Shown here: one piece after another, positions 32,914 through 45,683 of the stretch
How the letters are laid out: the number at the start of each line of letters is the position of its first letter
Position numbering within the stretch: the stretch's first letter is position 1
NCBI GenBank assembly: GCA_048213135.1
Contig: PS015195.1
Span: 42,267-106,266 of the forward strand
Length of the DNA stretch: 64,000 nucleotides
Direction: 5' to 3'
From: Reclinomonas americana ATCC 50394
Lineage: Eukaryota
Notes under the pieces: model-generated
Told to the model about the DNA's origin: nothing
Databases searched by the model: none
The model's input: the letters and a program-made list of their open reading frames with translations, nothing else
Program-made: the position numbers and the translations under genes

Positions 32914-33079
32914 ACGATCATCTCCCAAGACAGGAGTGCTCACCTCGCCACTCCCTGCAGCCTCCCCTCCTCTCTCGTTCTCTGTCCTCACCTTCCTTCT
33001 CCAGTCCCTCCTCAGTGCTGAACAGAATCGCTCGACTCCCAGAGGCAGCCTACTTCACCACCTTTCCTCTCCACAGTTT

Positions 33080-33377
33080 TTACTTTGCTGGATTGTACGT
33101 GTTGAACGCATGCAACTCATCAATCTTCTGCAGCAAAAAGTCATACACCGACGAGTCCACAAAGAGATGCGTGGCGTCCAAGTCGGCAATGAGGAACTTG
33201 CGCTCCGCCTCCAGACTCAGCACGTACTGCTTGATAGCCACGTCACTACTACTCATTCGCACGCAAGCACACACACACACACACACACACAGTGAGACAA
33301 CTGCGAAACAGGCGAGTTGTGTGCGTGCGTGCGTCGACGAACCATGTGAGCAGCACACCCTTGACGCACTCGGGCAT
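33080..33377 (-). CDS. TFB5: TFIIH p8 subunit (Tfb5/GTF2H5)
   Basis: Two exons with intron 33246-33342: MPECVKGVLLTC|DVAIKQYVLSLEAERKFLIADLDATHLFV..LLQKIDELHAFNTY, matching the KGVLxxCD..KQ..KFII.DLD.TH.FV pattern. Confidence 0.9.
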
Positions 33378-33511
33378 GTGGCGCTCTCTCCCTTACACGA
33401 GAGTGATTGCAATGTGGGACTTTACAAGGACACTCGACGCCCTTCTCTCTTTCCACAGTCACACACGCACGAGCGCGAGGGAGAAGCTGGTGTTCTACCA
33501 CTGTGCGCCTC

Positions 33512-35427
33512 ATGTTGAAGGACGGCTGGTTCCATGAGGTCAGCGACATGTGGCCAGGTGTGAGCTCTCTTTCTCCTCCTCTTCTTCTTTGTCATTCGAT
33601 CCTGATCGCTTGTTTGTGTTCTCAGGGCAAGCACTGGCGCTTCAAGTCGACGAGGTGTTGCACGATGAGCGATCGGCGTTCCAGGTGAGCGATCGGCGGC
33701 GATCACTGATTGCATCAGTCGCTGTGCTCGACGTCATTGCGGAAGAACCTACTTCTGGGCTTGCCTCTTGCATCTCCTCGCTCTCGTTCACTGACTAATG
33801 GGGAGCTTGATGGTGGGAGTCAATGGTCCGCACTGTCTCTGGCGATCGCGATCTGTGTTACATCATCTGGCCCCTCGTTCCCTGACTGACTTGTCACTGC
33901 TTCACTCCATCGCTGACGATCGCTCGTTGTGTCGCATGATGTGGGCCTCCTCTGCTCTCTCGCTCTCTGGCGATCCCGTGCTGTGTCATCAGCTCGGCTT
34001 TCCTCCAAGGCTGATCGTGGGTCTCTTGTCCATTCGATCTCTGCCGATCATGTGCTGTGCGCCTGCTCTGGACTATCTCTTCTTTGCTCTCTGATCTCTT
34101 GTCCACTCTGTCTCTGGCGATCTCGTGCTGCGTCGCCTCACCTGAGCTTTCCTTTCCTCCCTCTTGCTCGCTCACTGGTCCACTCTGTCTCTGGCGATCT
34201 TGTTGTGTGTCGCACCATCTGAGCTCTCTTTTCCTCCCTTTTGCTCGCTCACTCATCCAGGCTGTCTCTGGCGATCTCGTGCTGCGTCGCCTCATCTGAG
34301 CTTCAACTTCTCCTCTCTCTTGCTCGTTCCCTGCTCTCAATTGTCTCCGGCGATCACGTCCTTTGTCGCACCGTGTGAGCTTTCCTTTCTTTCCCCTCTC
34401 CCTGGCTGGTTACTGGTCCGCTCTGTCTCTGTGCATCATCATCTAACCTTTCGTCTCTCCTGACTGGCTGATCGCGGGAGTCAATGTTCCACACTTCCTT
34501 TGTCTGGGCTGTCCTTCCCCTTCTCTCCTCCCTCACCCCCCACCGCTCATCCACAGCACATCGTGGTCCTCAAATCCCGCTCCCACGGCAACGTACTCGT
34601 GCTGGACGGCGTCATCCAGGCCACGGAGCGCGACGAATTCTCCTACCAGGAGATGATGGCGCACGTGCCGCTGTGTGCGCACCCGCGGCCACGTCGCGTG
34701 CTCGTGGTCGGCGGTGGTGATGGCGGCGTGCTGCGCGAGATTGCACGCCACGAGGCCGACAGCGGGGTGGAGGAGATTCACATTTGCGAGCTGGACGAGG
34801 CGGTGATTGCGGCGTCGAAAAAGTACATGCCGTTCATGGCGTGCGGCTTTGACGATCCGCGGGTGTCGTTGCACATTGAGGATGGTGAAATGAGGGAGAG
34901 TGAGAGAGAGAGTGACTTGTCTGCCCTTCCAGCTCACCTTGCGATCGCTCGCAGGCGCCACCTTCATGCAACGGCACGTGGACTACTTTGACGTGATCAT
35001 TGTTGATTCGTCGGACCCGGTGGGACCGGCCAGCGCGCTCTTTGAGCGGCCATTCTACGAGGCGGCTCGTGGTGCGCTGCGTGCGGGCGGTGTGCTGTGC
35101 GCGCAGGCCGAATGCGCCTGGCTGCACACCGACCTCATTGTGTTCATGCTCGGCTTTTGCCGGGAGCTGTTTGCCACGGCACAGTACGCGTATACCAGCA
35201 TTCCGACGTACCCGGCCGGCCAGATCGGTTTCATCGTGTGCACCAAGGACGACACGGTGTGCGCCGCGCAGCCTGCGCGCGAGCTGAGCGACAAGGCCGC
35301 CGAACGATTGCGGTACTACACTGCCGACATGCATCGTGCCGCCTTTGTGCTGCCGCGATTTCTGCAGACGGCGATGGATGGTGCCGAGCGTCTCAAGCGA
35401 GAGTCGCGCAACGAGGTGCTCTCGTGA
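33512..35427 (+). CDS. SRM: spermidine synthase
   Basis: [24 protein letters not shown]|..[70 protein letters not shown]. Confidence 0.97.
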
Positions 35428-35527
35428 ACTAGATCTAGAGAGAGCGAGAGAGGAAGAATGTAGATGTCAATCGAATTGTGTTTTGCAAGCGGCACAGCTC
35501 TGTCTGTATTCGAGGTGGTTTTCTGAT

Positions 35528-36775
35528 TTACATGTCTTGCCACTTGAAGCGAATGCGATGATTGCAGTAGCCCTGCGGGTTCTTCTCCAGATACTGCTGG
35601 TGCTCCTCCTCCGCCGGGTAAAACTCATTGGCCTCCACAATGTCGGTGGTGACGCGTGCCGTCTCAAAGCGCGCGCCCGACAACCTGCCCGCGTCAATCA
35701 GTGCCTGCACCTGCTCCTTTGCGCGCTGCGCGGCGGCCAGCTGCTCGGGCGAGTGCGCGAAAATCACCGACGCGTACTGCGTGCCCGTGTCGTTGCCTTG
35801 GCGATTGAGCGTGGTCGGATCGTGGAACGTGAAGAAGAACTTGGCCAGCTCCTCGTAGTCGACCTTCGTCGGGTCGTACTCCACGTGCGCCACCTCCACG
35901 TGGCCGGTCTCACCAGAGCACACCTCGCGGTACGACGGATTCTGCGAGAGGAGTCAGGCGGGAGGAGGGGAAGAGAGGGGAGAAAAAGGAAGTGGCCACA
36001 CACAGACCTTCTTCGCCCTTTTGTCGGGCGACATGAAGCCGACGGCGGTCGACAAGATCGCACCCGGGTGCGCCTTGGCAAAGTTCGAGGCAAAGTACTG
36101 CGCAGATGGAGGAGAAGAAAGGGTGAGTCCAGGAGCAGGGAGGAGATGAAGGGAAGACCTCAACAGAGCGAGCTCTCTCTTGTGGATTCTTCTCCACTTC
36201 ACCTCGCACTCCCTTGAGAGACTGAAGGTGGCAGTTCACCCCCTCACTGCTTCTTCTTCAACCTCTCTCTTTCTCTCTCTGACGATTGTTTCTCGTGCAT
36301 TAGCCGGCGCTCTCACTCATGGCAACTGGCGGTTCTCCCCGTCACTGCGTCAGCGTCTCTCTCTTTCTCTCCTCTCTGATCGTGTCTGTCTCTCGTGCAT
36401 TCACCCGCGGTCTCACTCTCTCCCAGTGGACGTCACACCCTCTGACTGGCACCAGTTCCTCTTGTCACTGCTTCCACGCTGCAATCCTTTTCCCTCTCTC
36501 TCTCTCTCGCTTACGTGTCTCTCGTGCATTCGCGGCACTCATTCTCGCAGTACACGTCACATTCTGACTGGAGACAGGTCTCCTTCCTGCTCTCTCTCTC
36601 TCTCTCAATCACTCACTCGTCACTGCTTATGTCGTGCAGTCTCACTCTCCCAGTGCACGTCGCACCCTGGCTCCTTCCCAGACTCGCGCAGTTCCCATCA
36701 TCCATGCCTCTCCCGTCCCTCTTTCACTCTTGCTCCATCCCAGACTGGCAGCAGTTCTCCTCGGCTTCTACACCT

Positions 36776-36810
<35 letters not shown>

Positions 36811-37306
36811 GATTGACGTCTCTCGTGCATTCAACGGCACTCATTCTCTGACTGGAGGCAAGGTCTCCTCGTCCCTGCTTCCTCAGCTGGTGTGTGTGTG
36901 TGTGTGTGCGAGTCTCTCTTTCTCTCTATTTCTGCATCAGCGAATGACGCAATTCTCCTCATCCTTTATTCTCTCTCCCTTGTCTCTCCCCTCTCTCTCC
37001 CCCTCCCTTCTCCCCATCACACACACACACACACACCTTCTCCGTCCCCCAGTAGCACCCCGCACCAAACGTGGCAAACGCACTGCCTCCCGCAGCAGCC
37101 GAAGCCGACACTGTAGACGCCGCCGCAGAGGCCGCCGCCGCAGAGGCAGCTGGTGCAGAAGAAAACGAACCCATCATCTGTGTGTGAGAGTGTGAGAGCG
37201 TGAGAGAGTGAGAAGGCAAAAGAGAGAAACAGTGAGAGAGGAGAGGAGCGCGCACAAAGACAAGCAAAAGCACCAATCCAACACGACGAATCAGGCCAAC
37301 AAGCAT
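35528..37306 (-). CDS. msrA: peptide methionine sulfoxide reductase A
   Basis: ATFGAGCYWGTE (Cys encoded by TGC), NPSYREVCSGETGHVE, HDPTTLNRQGNDTGTQY, FYPAEEEHQQYLEKNPQGYC. The upstream ATG at 37306 is less certain than the internal ATGs at 37177/37174. Confidence 0.95.
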
Positions 37307-37614
37307 GCGCACGAGACAGCAAAAAGACGCAACAAGCTGTTGTTTCTCCGACGGACTTTGTGAATGCTGACAAAAGTGGCAAACTCCCGCACTTTTTATA
37401 GCCGCCGGTTTCCGGCACTCCGAGTCACGGGCTCCGACTTCTTCTCCGACTGTACGTGCGTTTTTGCGCTCTAATGATGCACCGGCAGTTTTGCATCGTG
37501 CATCAGAGACAGAAGAATCGCGGCGTGCGCGTCATGATCGCCCACAAACAGCATGTCTCGTGGAGAATCCCCGGTCGTGTGTGATCATTCTTGGTGAGCA
37601 GGAGGAGGAGCGCA

Positions 37615-39048
37615 ATGTATACCACCAGCCAGCGTCTGGGAGGAGGAGGTGTACCGTTCATTGAGCCGCTGCAGGCGGCTACGGTGGCCCCGGTGCCGGT
37701 GTCGTCGTCGTCGGAGGCTGTGGCCGAGGCCGAGTTGTGGCCGCGGCCGAGTTCTGGTGCCGCTGCTGCTGCATACACCACCGGTCCGCGGCAGACGACG
37801 GCCGGTGAGGATGTGGAGGAGGACTTTAGTCCGTATGTGACGGCCAGTCACTTTGTGCGACCGTTGTCGCTCGGGCCCGCCGCTGTCGATGTGCCGACGT
37901 ACACGCCGCAAGGTGTGCTGCTGGAGAGGCCGCTTGGTGGCGGCGTGTCCATGCCCGTGGGCAGCGCCAGTGGCAGTGGTGGCATCATCGACAACAACCT
38001 GGGCACGGTCCGCACAGTCCCTCTGGCTCCCGAGACCACCTCCCGGAAGCATCTGGTGCCGGTCTGGTCGTCGGAATCCGTGGACGAGCAGTGGGACGAG
38101 GCCGAGGAGGATCTCGACAAGCCGCGCGGCCTGGCGACGACGACGACGACGGGGGAGGAGGAAGAAGAGGCGACGGCAGAGGAGCTGGAGCGGCAGCGTC
38201 TGCAGCAGGAGCTGGAGGCCAAGGAGAAGGAGTTTGAAGTGGTGGCGCAGGAGATTGAGGAGAAGAAGCAGGCGATTGAGGAGAAGGCGGAGAAGCTGTC
38301 GCTGAAGCAGCTGCGCGTCGAGCAGGAGAACGCCATTCGACAGCTGGAGCAGCACCAGGAGCGCGCCATGGTTGAGCTGCGACAGCGCCACCAGAACGAA
38401 TTGGAGGATCTGCAGCAGCGACAGGAGCACCAGATGCAACTCCTCAAGCAGCAGCACCGCGATCAGCAGCGGCAGCGCGAGCGCGACGACGAGCTCAAGC
38501 AGCGCCTGGACGAGCAGCTGGTCACCGAGCGCGCGCAACTGGAGGAGCGCCAGCGCGAGTACCAGGAGCAGATCGCCAAGTACGAGAAGCAGCAGCGGCG
38601 ACGCGACCTGCACATGTTTGAGGAGGAGCAGGAGGACGTGCTGCAGGTCGACGGGCGGCCGTCGTCCACGCGCTTCTTCGAGAAGCCTCGTGCCGGCCTC
38701 GAGGCCGGCATCTACGGCGAGGACTCGTCCAGCTTCGGTCGCAACGACGTCCACTCGTTTGACGCGCGGCTGGCGCAAGCGGCCGCCGACCCGAGCAAGG
38801 AGTTCCCGGGCAAGGGCCTCTTCGACATCACCACGCCATTCGCCAAGAGACCCGAATCCAAGTACGTCACGCACCTGATGAAGCCGCGCGATGAAGGACC
38901 GCCGCTGGTCGGCGATCGCGAGGCCAAGCCGACCAGTGAGCAGTTCGAGACCCTCCGCCGTGTGTCGCACATCGAACGGGTTCCGGTCACCACAACCACA
39001 TCGACGACGACGGCAGCGGTGCCGAAGAAGAGGCACTGGTGGTCTTGA
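37615..39048 (+). CDS. hypothetical coiled-coil protein, single exon
   Basis: About 477-aa ORF with strong GC3 codon bias and an E/Q/R-rich heptad region; ends KKRHWWS. Confidence 0.75.
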   Translation: MYTTSQRLGGGGVPFIEPLQAATVAPVPVSSSSEAVAEAELWPRPSSGAAAAAYTTGPRQTTAGEDVEEDFSPYVTASHFVRPLSLGPAAVDVPTYTPQGVLLERPLGGGVSMPVGSASGSGGIIDNNLGTVRTVPLAPETTSRKHLVPVWSSESVDEQWDEAEEDLDKPRGLATTTTTGEEEEEATAEELERQRLQQELEAKEKEFEVVAQEIEEKKQAIEEKAEKLSLKQLRVEQENAIRQLEQHQERAMVELRQRHQNELEDLQQRQEHQMQLLKQQHRDQQRQRERDDELKQRLDEQLVTERAQLEERQREYQEQIAKYEKQQRRRDLHMFEEEQEDVLQVDGRPSSTRFFEKPRAGLEAGIYGEDSSSFGRNDVHSFDARLAQAAADPSKEFPGKGLFDITTPFAKRPESKYVTHLMKPRDEGPPLVGDREAKPTSEQFETLRRVSHIERVPVTTTTSTTTAAVPKKRHWWS

Positions 39049-39182
39049 GAAAGAGACAGGGTTGATAGGATGGTGTGGGATGGAGTGAAACGTCAGGTCC
39101 GCTGCGGACAACTTGACTCTTTCGTCCTTCGTGAGGAGAAAAAGCAACACGCGTCCTCACACACACAAGCCGTGTGGCGGTG

Positions 39183-40256
39183 ATGAGTGGCGTCTCCCCA
39201 CGCTCACCGTCCAACCAGTCGCTGTCACCCGCGCACACCTCCTCGCTTGTGCCCACCTCTGTCGAGGAACCTCCCGATCAACAGTCACCAGTCGCATCGG
39301 GATCATCACTCACTCTCTTCTCTGGTGCGCGCTCACACTGAAACACACACGCACATGTGCTCTCGCACACTCACACTCACACGCGTGTGTGTGTGTGTGT
39401 CTGGTGTGTGTCAGATCAGAGCGAGCTCGAACGACAACACGGAGACATTGACTTTTCATCGCTACGAACTCCGCTTCAACTCGTTCACGCCCTTCAGTCG
39501 TTCTGGGAGCGTCAGCAGCGTACCAATCAGGTGCCGTTTGACACGCAGGAGTGCTCTCTCTCTCCCTGCTCTCTCTGTTGGTCGCTCACACGCGCGCCTG
39601 CACAGATCTTTTCCAAGTTGCACTCGGTGAATCTGTGCGTCGGCTTTGCCAACATGGCCTTCTCCAAGCGTCTGTCTCGCGAGCAGCAGCAGCTGGCGCA
39701 TCACGTCGACGAGGAGACATCGGCGTTGCGTGGCGATCTGGGCACACTGGCTGCGTCGGTCGATGCCGCACACGAGTACCTCGCCGCCCTGCAAGCCACC
39801 CTCGCCTCTCTGCGCGAGGAATCCACGCGATCTGCCGCACAGCTGGCCGCGGTCTCGCACTCTGTGGAGCAACAGGGCATGCAGCTGTCGTCGGCCACTG
39901 AACCGCTGCTCCTCGGCGTATCGTTTGTGGCCGCGCGCGTAGTTCCGATCGGACTCCCGCTCTCCACTCTCTTCCTCCTGCTCCCGTTCAGCTCGCGCAA
40001 GCGTCGCTTGCTGACGGAACTCTGCCGGCTTGTTCTATGGTGGTGGGCGTTTGAGCGGCTGCGTATGCTGGCGCTGCGACTCGGCCTGCGCGGAGTAACC
40101 CCACCTGGACAGTGGCCGCGCTGTCTGACCTTTACGTGGAGCGAAGTGGCGACCGGAGCCCGAGTTGTCGGTGCCACCGCGTGGCAGGCACTGGTCCAGC
40201 TCTCCTCTGCCGTTGGCTCTCTTGTGCAGTCGACGATTGGCGATGGCGACAAGTGA
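39183..40256 (+). CDS. hypothetical protein with coiled coil and C-terminal hydrophobic segments, 3 exons
   Basis: MSGVSPRSP..LFS|DQSELERQH..TNQ|IFSKLHS.. splices in frame at GT..AG. Confidence 0.6.
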
Positions 40257-40303
40257 CTTAGTGAAAATTGACCGTTAGTTAATTCACAATTTCTCGCAAA
40301 GAG

Positions 40304-42809
40304 ATGAGCAGGTGGGGCGTGCAGTCGCTCAAAGAGCTCAAGCGATCGCTGCACAAGAATCGCAAGCTGCTCGACAGGTGAACATCACTGTGTGTGTGAG
40401 AGAGAGAGTGTGTGTTTTCATATGTTCGTTTCCAGCAGCTCCAGTCATCGCGAGTCTCCCACGCGACGCACGCCTCTCTCAGCCTCCTCCACTGGTCGAC
40501 ATCGACGTCGACCGGCGAGTGCAGGCGATGGGAGTGGTGGTGGCGCGCGACGCACACGATCTGCTGGGCGTGAGACGGTTCGTGTGCGCGCGCGTGTGTG
40601 TGTGCTTTGCAAGAGAGTGATTGACGCCGCGAGTCGCAGGCTCCTCCTGCTGCTCCTCCTCCTCCTCCTCTCCATCCACGTCCACCATCTGCATCGCGTC
40701 GGCGTGCGCTTGACGACGAATCGTCGACCGATAGCTTCCTCGAGAGTTTCGAAAAGAGTTTGCCATCGCACAGTCGGTAATGTTGTTTGTGCGTCTCCTC
40801 CTCGGCCGGCGAGGCCGTGCAGCACTTCTCAGCGCAGTGAGTAGGGATTTGCTGGTGGGAGCTGGCGTCGAGGAGACGCTTGACGCGGACGGCGACGACG
40901 ATGTTGGAGCGGTGAGGAGCGATCGGAAACGAGCGCGCAGGAAACGGCGATCGTCGGCGTCGTCGAGTCCATCGCGCTCCGGCAGTCGCGCTCCCGTGAC
41001 GGGACGCATGCTGCGCGATAACATGGCAGAGTTGAAGGCGCAGGTCAGTCGCGTCTTCTCCCTTCCTTGTTGATCATCTTCGAGGCTGAGACTCGCTGTG
41101 TCGGTGCAGTTGAAGTCTCTGAAGATGCAGTTGCGTCAGCGTTCCACCGGCACTGCTGCAGCGGCGCCGGGTAGCGATGCCGTTGCGGGTAGCAAGCAGT
41201 TGGTGTCTCGTGTGCGTGGACAAGGGCAATCGATACAGGTGTGTGTCTCCTGATGCTGGAACAACGAGACTGTTCTGCTCACTCGTTATGCGGGAACGAC
41301 AAGGCCCTGGCGCGCACGATGCGTCGGCGTGACGAGCGATTGGAGAGTCTGGAGGAGAGTTTGCGGGCGACGCAGGAGGAGCTGCAGGCTGCGGAAGAGC
41401 AGATTTCGACTGCGAATGCTGGTGGTGTCAGTCAGTCGTACAAAGGTCTTTGCGACTCGTCGTGTGCGTCTCTTGCCTGGCCGTACGGCTTGCCCAACCT
41501 TTTCTCGCTTCTCCCTGTCGTGTGTGTGCGTGCAGATCGCGTGGCCGGTGAGTTTGCCAATGTGCGGAAAAAGACGCAGGCACTCGAGTCGACTCTTGAC
41601 TCGCTGCTGAACGAGTTGGACGGGTTGAAGAAAAAGTGCGTGTCTCCCGGCGTGACATTGCATTCGTTCTTTATCCACCCACTACACATGGTGCAGGAGT
41701 CTGCGCGTGGAAAGCACGCAATCGACACTGCTGGACAAGGCCAAGGAGAGCGATGCACTGCATACACGGGCTGCGGAGGAACGACGAGTAATGCAAAAAG
41801 CGATTGAGGAGCTCACGCATCGTGTCGGCACACTGACGACTCAGTCGCGCAAGATGGAGATCACATTGCGTGAGGTGTGTGGTCGTTGTAGAAGGGGAGG
41901 AGGGGGGAAGGGGAGAAGAATGCCCACTGTCTGTTCGTCCCTCGCAGACGCAGACAGAGAACCAGACCATGGTGGAGCGGATAACGCGCTGTGAGCACGT
42001 GCAGCAGCAGCTGACGGAACGCGTGGGCGCGACAGAGTATACGCAGCGCGCAGTACAGGAGAGTGCGGCGGCCATGCATCGCAAGGTGGAGTTTCAGGGC
42101 ACGAGGACGGCGGTGCACGAAGAAAAGATTGACAAGTTTCGTCACCACTGCCTCGCGCGAAAAAGGGTGTGCTCGCGTGTTCACTCGTTCTCGTGACCGC
42201 AGACTGGAGAGACAGACCGACCGGTGTGCGTCGGCGCTGGAGTTGGTGCGCGATCGCCTATTTGTGATGCAGAGGAGACACACGAGTGGGAATGAGGAAA
42301 AGTCGGGCAAGCCAAGTTTGACGGCGTGGAGACCAAGTTACACGCTCCCGACCCAGCAGCGACATGGGAGGGACGACGACGAGCGCGAGGAGGAGGGAGA
42401 GGAGGAGAAGGAAGAGGAGGAGGAGAAAGGCAAACGACGGCAACGGCGGAGAGCAGCTGGCAGGTCGCTGCGGAGCGACGACGACGAGGAGGAAGACGAT
42501 GATGCTGTTGGCAGGGTGAGCAAGCGAGGTTCGCAGAAAGAGGAAGAGGAAGAGGAGCAGGAGGACGATAGCTCGCCGACGCCACGAGCGCGCGACTTGC
42601 CACCGCCACGACCCGAATCCCCACCAGCCGCTCGTCGTCGAACGTCGACCGCAACAGCCACCACGGCGACATCGACGACGACTCCTCCTCCTCGGCCTAC
42701 CACGGCACCTGCAGGCAGTCGATCAACGCTCTCGGATGTGGCGCGGGGCGGCTCCAGTCGACCTCCTGCGCTGTCGCCCAAGGCCTCGAAAGACCAGTTG
42801 CGTTATTGA
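40304..42809 (+). CDS. hypothetical multi-exon coiled-coil protein
   Basis: MSRWGVQSLKELKRSL; coiled-coil exons (ERLESLEESLRATQEEL, QKAIEELTHRVGTL) separated by short GT..AG introns; acidic/Pro-rich tail. Confidence 0.65.
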
Positions 42810-43023
42810 GCGCCTGGGTGGCGCTGCTGTTGCTTTGAAGCTCACGATTGCTCTATTTTTTCTCTTGCTACAGAAATGCACGCTTTGAGAATCTCAAGCG
42901 AGCGTACGCCCGAGTGTTTGGCAAGCCACTGTAATGATGAATAACGAAGTTGAAGTGCTATGTGGAGACAGTTGTCCGTCCCGCCCATTTTCACACTTGC
43001 ACCGACACTTTCACGCAACGCAA

Positions 43024-43121
43024 ATGAGCTGGTGTACGATTGAGAGTGACCCTGGTGTGTTTCCTCTGTGCATCGTCCCTGTCGCATACGTGCTTTTGCG
43101 CGCGTACTTTCGACATGTTCA

Positions 43122-43212
<91 letters not shown>

Positions 43213-43835
43213 AGTNNNNNNNNNNNNNNNNNNNNNNNNNNNNNNNNNNNNNNNNNNNNNNNNNNNNNNNNNNNNNNNNNNNNNNNNNNNNNNNNNNNNN
43301 NNNNNNNNNNNNNNNNNNNNNNNNNNNNNNNNNNNNNNNNNNNNNNNNNNNNNNNNNNNNNNNNNNNNNNNNNNNNNNNNNNNNNNNNNNNNNNNNNNNN
43401 NNNNNNNNNNNNNNNNNNNNNNNNNNNNNNNNNNNNNNNNNNNNNNNNNNNNNNNNNNNNNNNNNNNNNNNNNNNNNNNNNNNNNNNNNNNNNNNNNNNN
43501 NNNNNNNNNNNNNNNNNNNNNNNNNNNNNNNNNNNNNNNNNNNNNNNNNNNNNNNNNNNNNNNNNNNNNNNNNNNNNNNNNNNNNNNNNNNNNNNNNNNN
43601 NNNNNNNNNNNNNNNNNNNNNNNNNNNNNNNNNNNNNNNNNNNNNNNNNNNNNNNNNNNNNNNNNNNNNNNNNNNNNNNNNNNNNNNNNNNNNNNNNNNN
43701 NNNNNNNNNNNNNNNNNNNNNNNNNNNNNNNNNNNNNNNNNNNNNNNNNNNNNNNNNNNNNGGACCAAGGCCGAAGCTGCTGCTGCTGCCGCTGCTGGTG
43801 GTGCAGGTGGCAGCGGGGCTACAGCAGTTCCGTGA
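43024..43835 (+). CDS. UCHL5: ubiquitin C-terminal hydrolase UCH37/UCHL5-like; only the first exon and probable C-terminal tail are visible
   Basis: MSWCTIESDPG|gtgtgt is the N-terminal signature of UCH37/BAP1-type enzymes. After the gap, TKAEAAAAAAAGGAGGSGATAVP* could be the end. Confidence 0.65.
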
Positions 43836-44014
43836 GAGATGCGTGGGAGGCAGAGATACTCCGTCGACGCGGAAGAAATGCAGACTGTTTTTCTGTGTTC
43901 GGTTTCCGGGCAATCACTTCGTATTCCAATCGACTCTCCTTTCATTCACTCTTTCTACTTGACTGCGAGAGCGGAAACAAGTACCTTCTTTCACTGTTCT
44001 TAGAAGTTATCATC

Positions 44015-44905
44015 ATGCACAAGATCGTAGTGGTCTGCGCTTTGGCGCTCCTGTGTCTCGTGTCGGTGGCGAACGCCGACATTCTGCGTGCGGCCGGTGG
44101 CTACACGCCGGCGACTGCCGTCGACATTATCTGCCGCACTGGCCAGATCTCCATCACTTCTGCACAGATCCGCGGCTGCACCCAGGGTGAGTTGATCTGG
44201 TTTCTTTCGTTGCATTCGAACGACAATTCACGAATCATTGTACAGCCGACGGCTGCAAGAACATTGCTGCGCCTGCCTGCAGCGTCACCAACAACGTGCT
44301 GGCGACGGCCCTGGTCCAGCAGCAGAACGGCAAGACTGCGGCGTGGTTGCGCGTGGAGGATTTTGAGGTGTGTGTGCCCGATATTTTTGATGCATTCCCT
44401 GCAATTGATTAATATTGTCACTCACTCACTCTCTTTCTCTCCGCCCTCTCAGAGCGCCGCTGCTGCCTGCACCAGCTCGCGTGTGTTGTGGGTCGAGTTC
44501 ACCTGCGCCACCCCGCCGCCGCCACCGCCACCACCGCCACCGGTCAAGGTGTACCAGGCGTGCGGCGGCTGGGCTGTGGACCTGAGCTGCAAGGCCGAGA
44601 ACGCCAAGATTGCTGTGGTGTCGGCGGCGGTGCGCGGTGCGACGGACACTGACGGCTGCTTCGGCAACAACGCGACGAATGCACCGGCGGTGTGCCAGCA
44701 GACTGTTGACCGCACGGCCGACCTGATTGCCGCCTGCAACGGTGTGACCGCGTGCTGGGCTCGCGTGGAGGCTCTGGAGGGCGCTCCCTTCACTGGCACT
44801 TTCGCCACGTGCTGGAACTCGCAGACCAACGCTGGCGCTCTCGGCAACGGCACCGGCAATGTCGGCTTCCGTGTGCTGGTGGTGTCGTACCAGTGCCTGC
44901 CATAA
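44015..44905 (+). CDS. secreted protein with two divergent SUEL/rhamnose-binding-lectin-like domains and a polyproline hinge (copy 1)
   Basis: Signal MHKIVVVCALALLCLVSVANA; LSC..KIAVVSA..G..C..C..CNG..C..C..LVVSYQC cysteine pattern; 3 exons. Confidence 0.65.
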   Translation: MHKIVVVCALALLCLVSVANADILRAAGGYTPATAVDIICRTGQISITSAQIRGCTQGELIWFLSLHSNDNSRIIVQPTAARTLLRLPAASPTTCWRRPWSSSRTARLRRGCAWRILRCVCPIFLMHSLQLINIVTHSLSFSPPSQSAAAACTSSRVLWVEFTCATPPPPPPPPPPVKVYQACGGWAVDLSCKAENAKIAVVSAAVRGATDTDGCFGNNATNAPAVCQQTVDRTADLIAACNGVTACWARVEALEGAPFTGTFATCWNSQTNAGALGNGTGNVGFRVLVVSYQCLP

Positions 44906-45683
44906 ACTCGCCATGGCGAGGAGGTATGGATCTGGAGCATCAAATGATCGTTGAATGAACAAATGTGCCCCAATTTTGAGATTACTATGAGTGGCCGAGG
45001 AAAGGGACGAGAGGAAGGGGTCTAGGAATTGAGACAGGAGAAACTGGAGTAATAAGATCCTTTTTTGATGGCGGTTCCTGCAATGATCAGTAAAGAGTTC
45101 ACTTGCTCAACGTCTTGGCGTGCATATGCGGCTCATCGACGTTGGGACTAGTATCGTCGTGGACTCCTGGACTTGTTTGCTGTCCACTGACGGCGCCTGC
45201 TTGCGATCACTGCGCCAACTGCAGACCTTCGCAGCAAGGCACGCCGGAACGCGATCTGGCTGCATGCACTGAGTTTTCTTTGCACTGACTGTCGTCCACA
45301 GCTGGAAGCTGAATGGCGGTGTTCATCGAAAACCAATTTGCCCGAGAGCTCGAGCTGCAGCTGAACGCGACCATGAAATTCGAAGTGGTGTCCGCCGTCA
45401 CAATCACGACTTCGTGCCATACTTGGTCGGCTCTTCGTGTGTGCTGATGGACAGGGGTGACATGACAGATGTCTAGCGGAGCTAGTTGAACGGTTCCCTG
45501 GGGGTGACAGCCATCAGCTCTCACGAACTCCTCCGTCGACGCGGAAGAAATGCAGTGTGTTTCGTGTTCGGTTTTCGGGCAATCACTTCGAATTCCAATC
45601 GACTCTCCTTTCATTCACTCTTTCTCCTAGACTGCGAGAGCGGAAACAAGGACCTTCTTTCATCCTTCTTAGAAGTTATCATC

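Noticed and set aside
37045-37060. Possible selenocysteine MsrA
   Set aside because: The active-site codon is TGC (GCYWG), not TGA
43054-43835. Truncated UCH37
   Set aside because: The body of the gene falls in an N gap whose length is only an estimate
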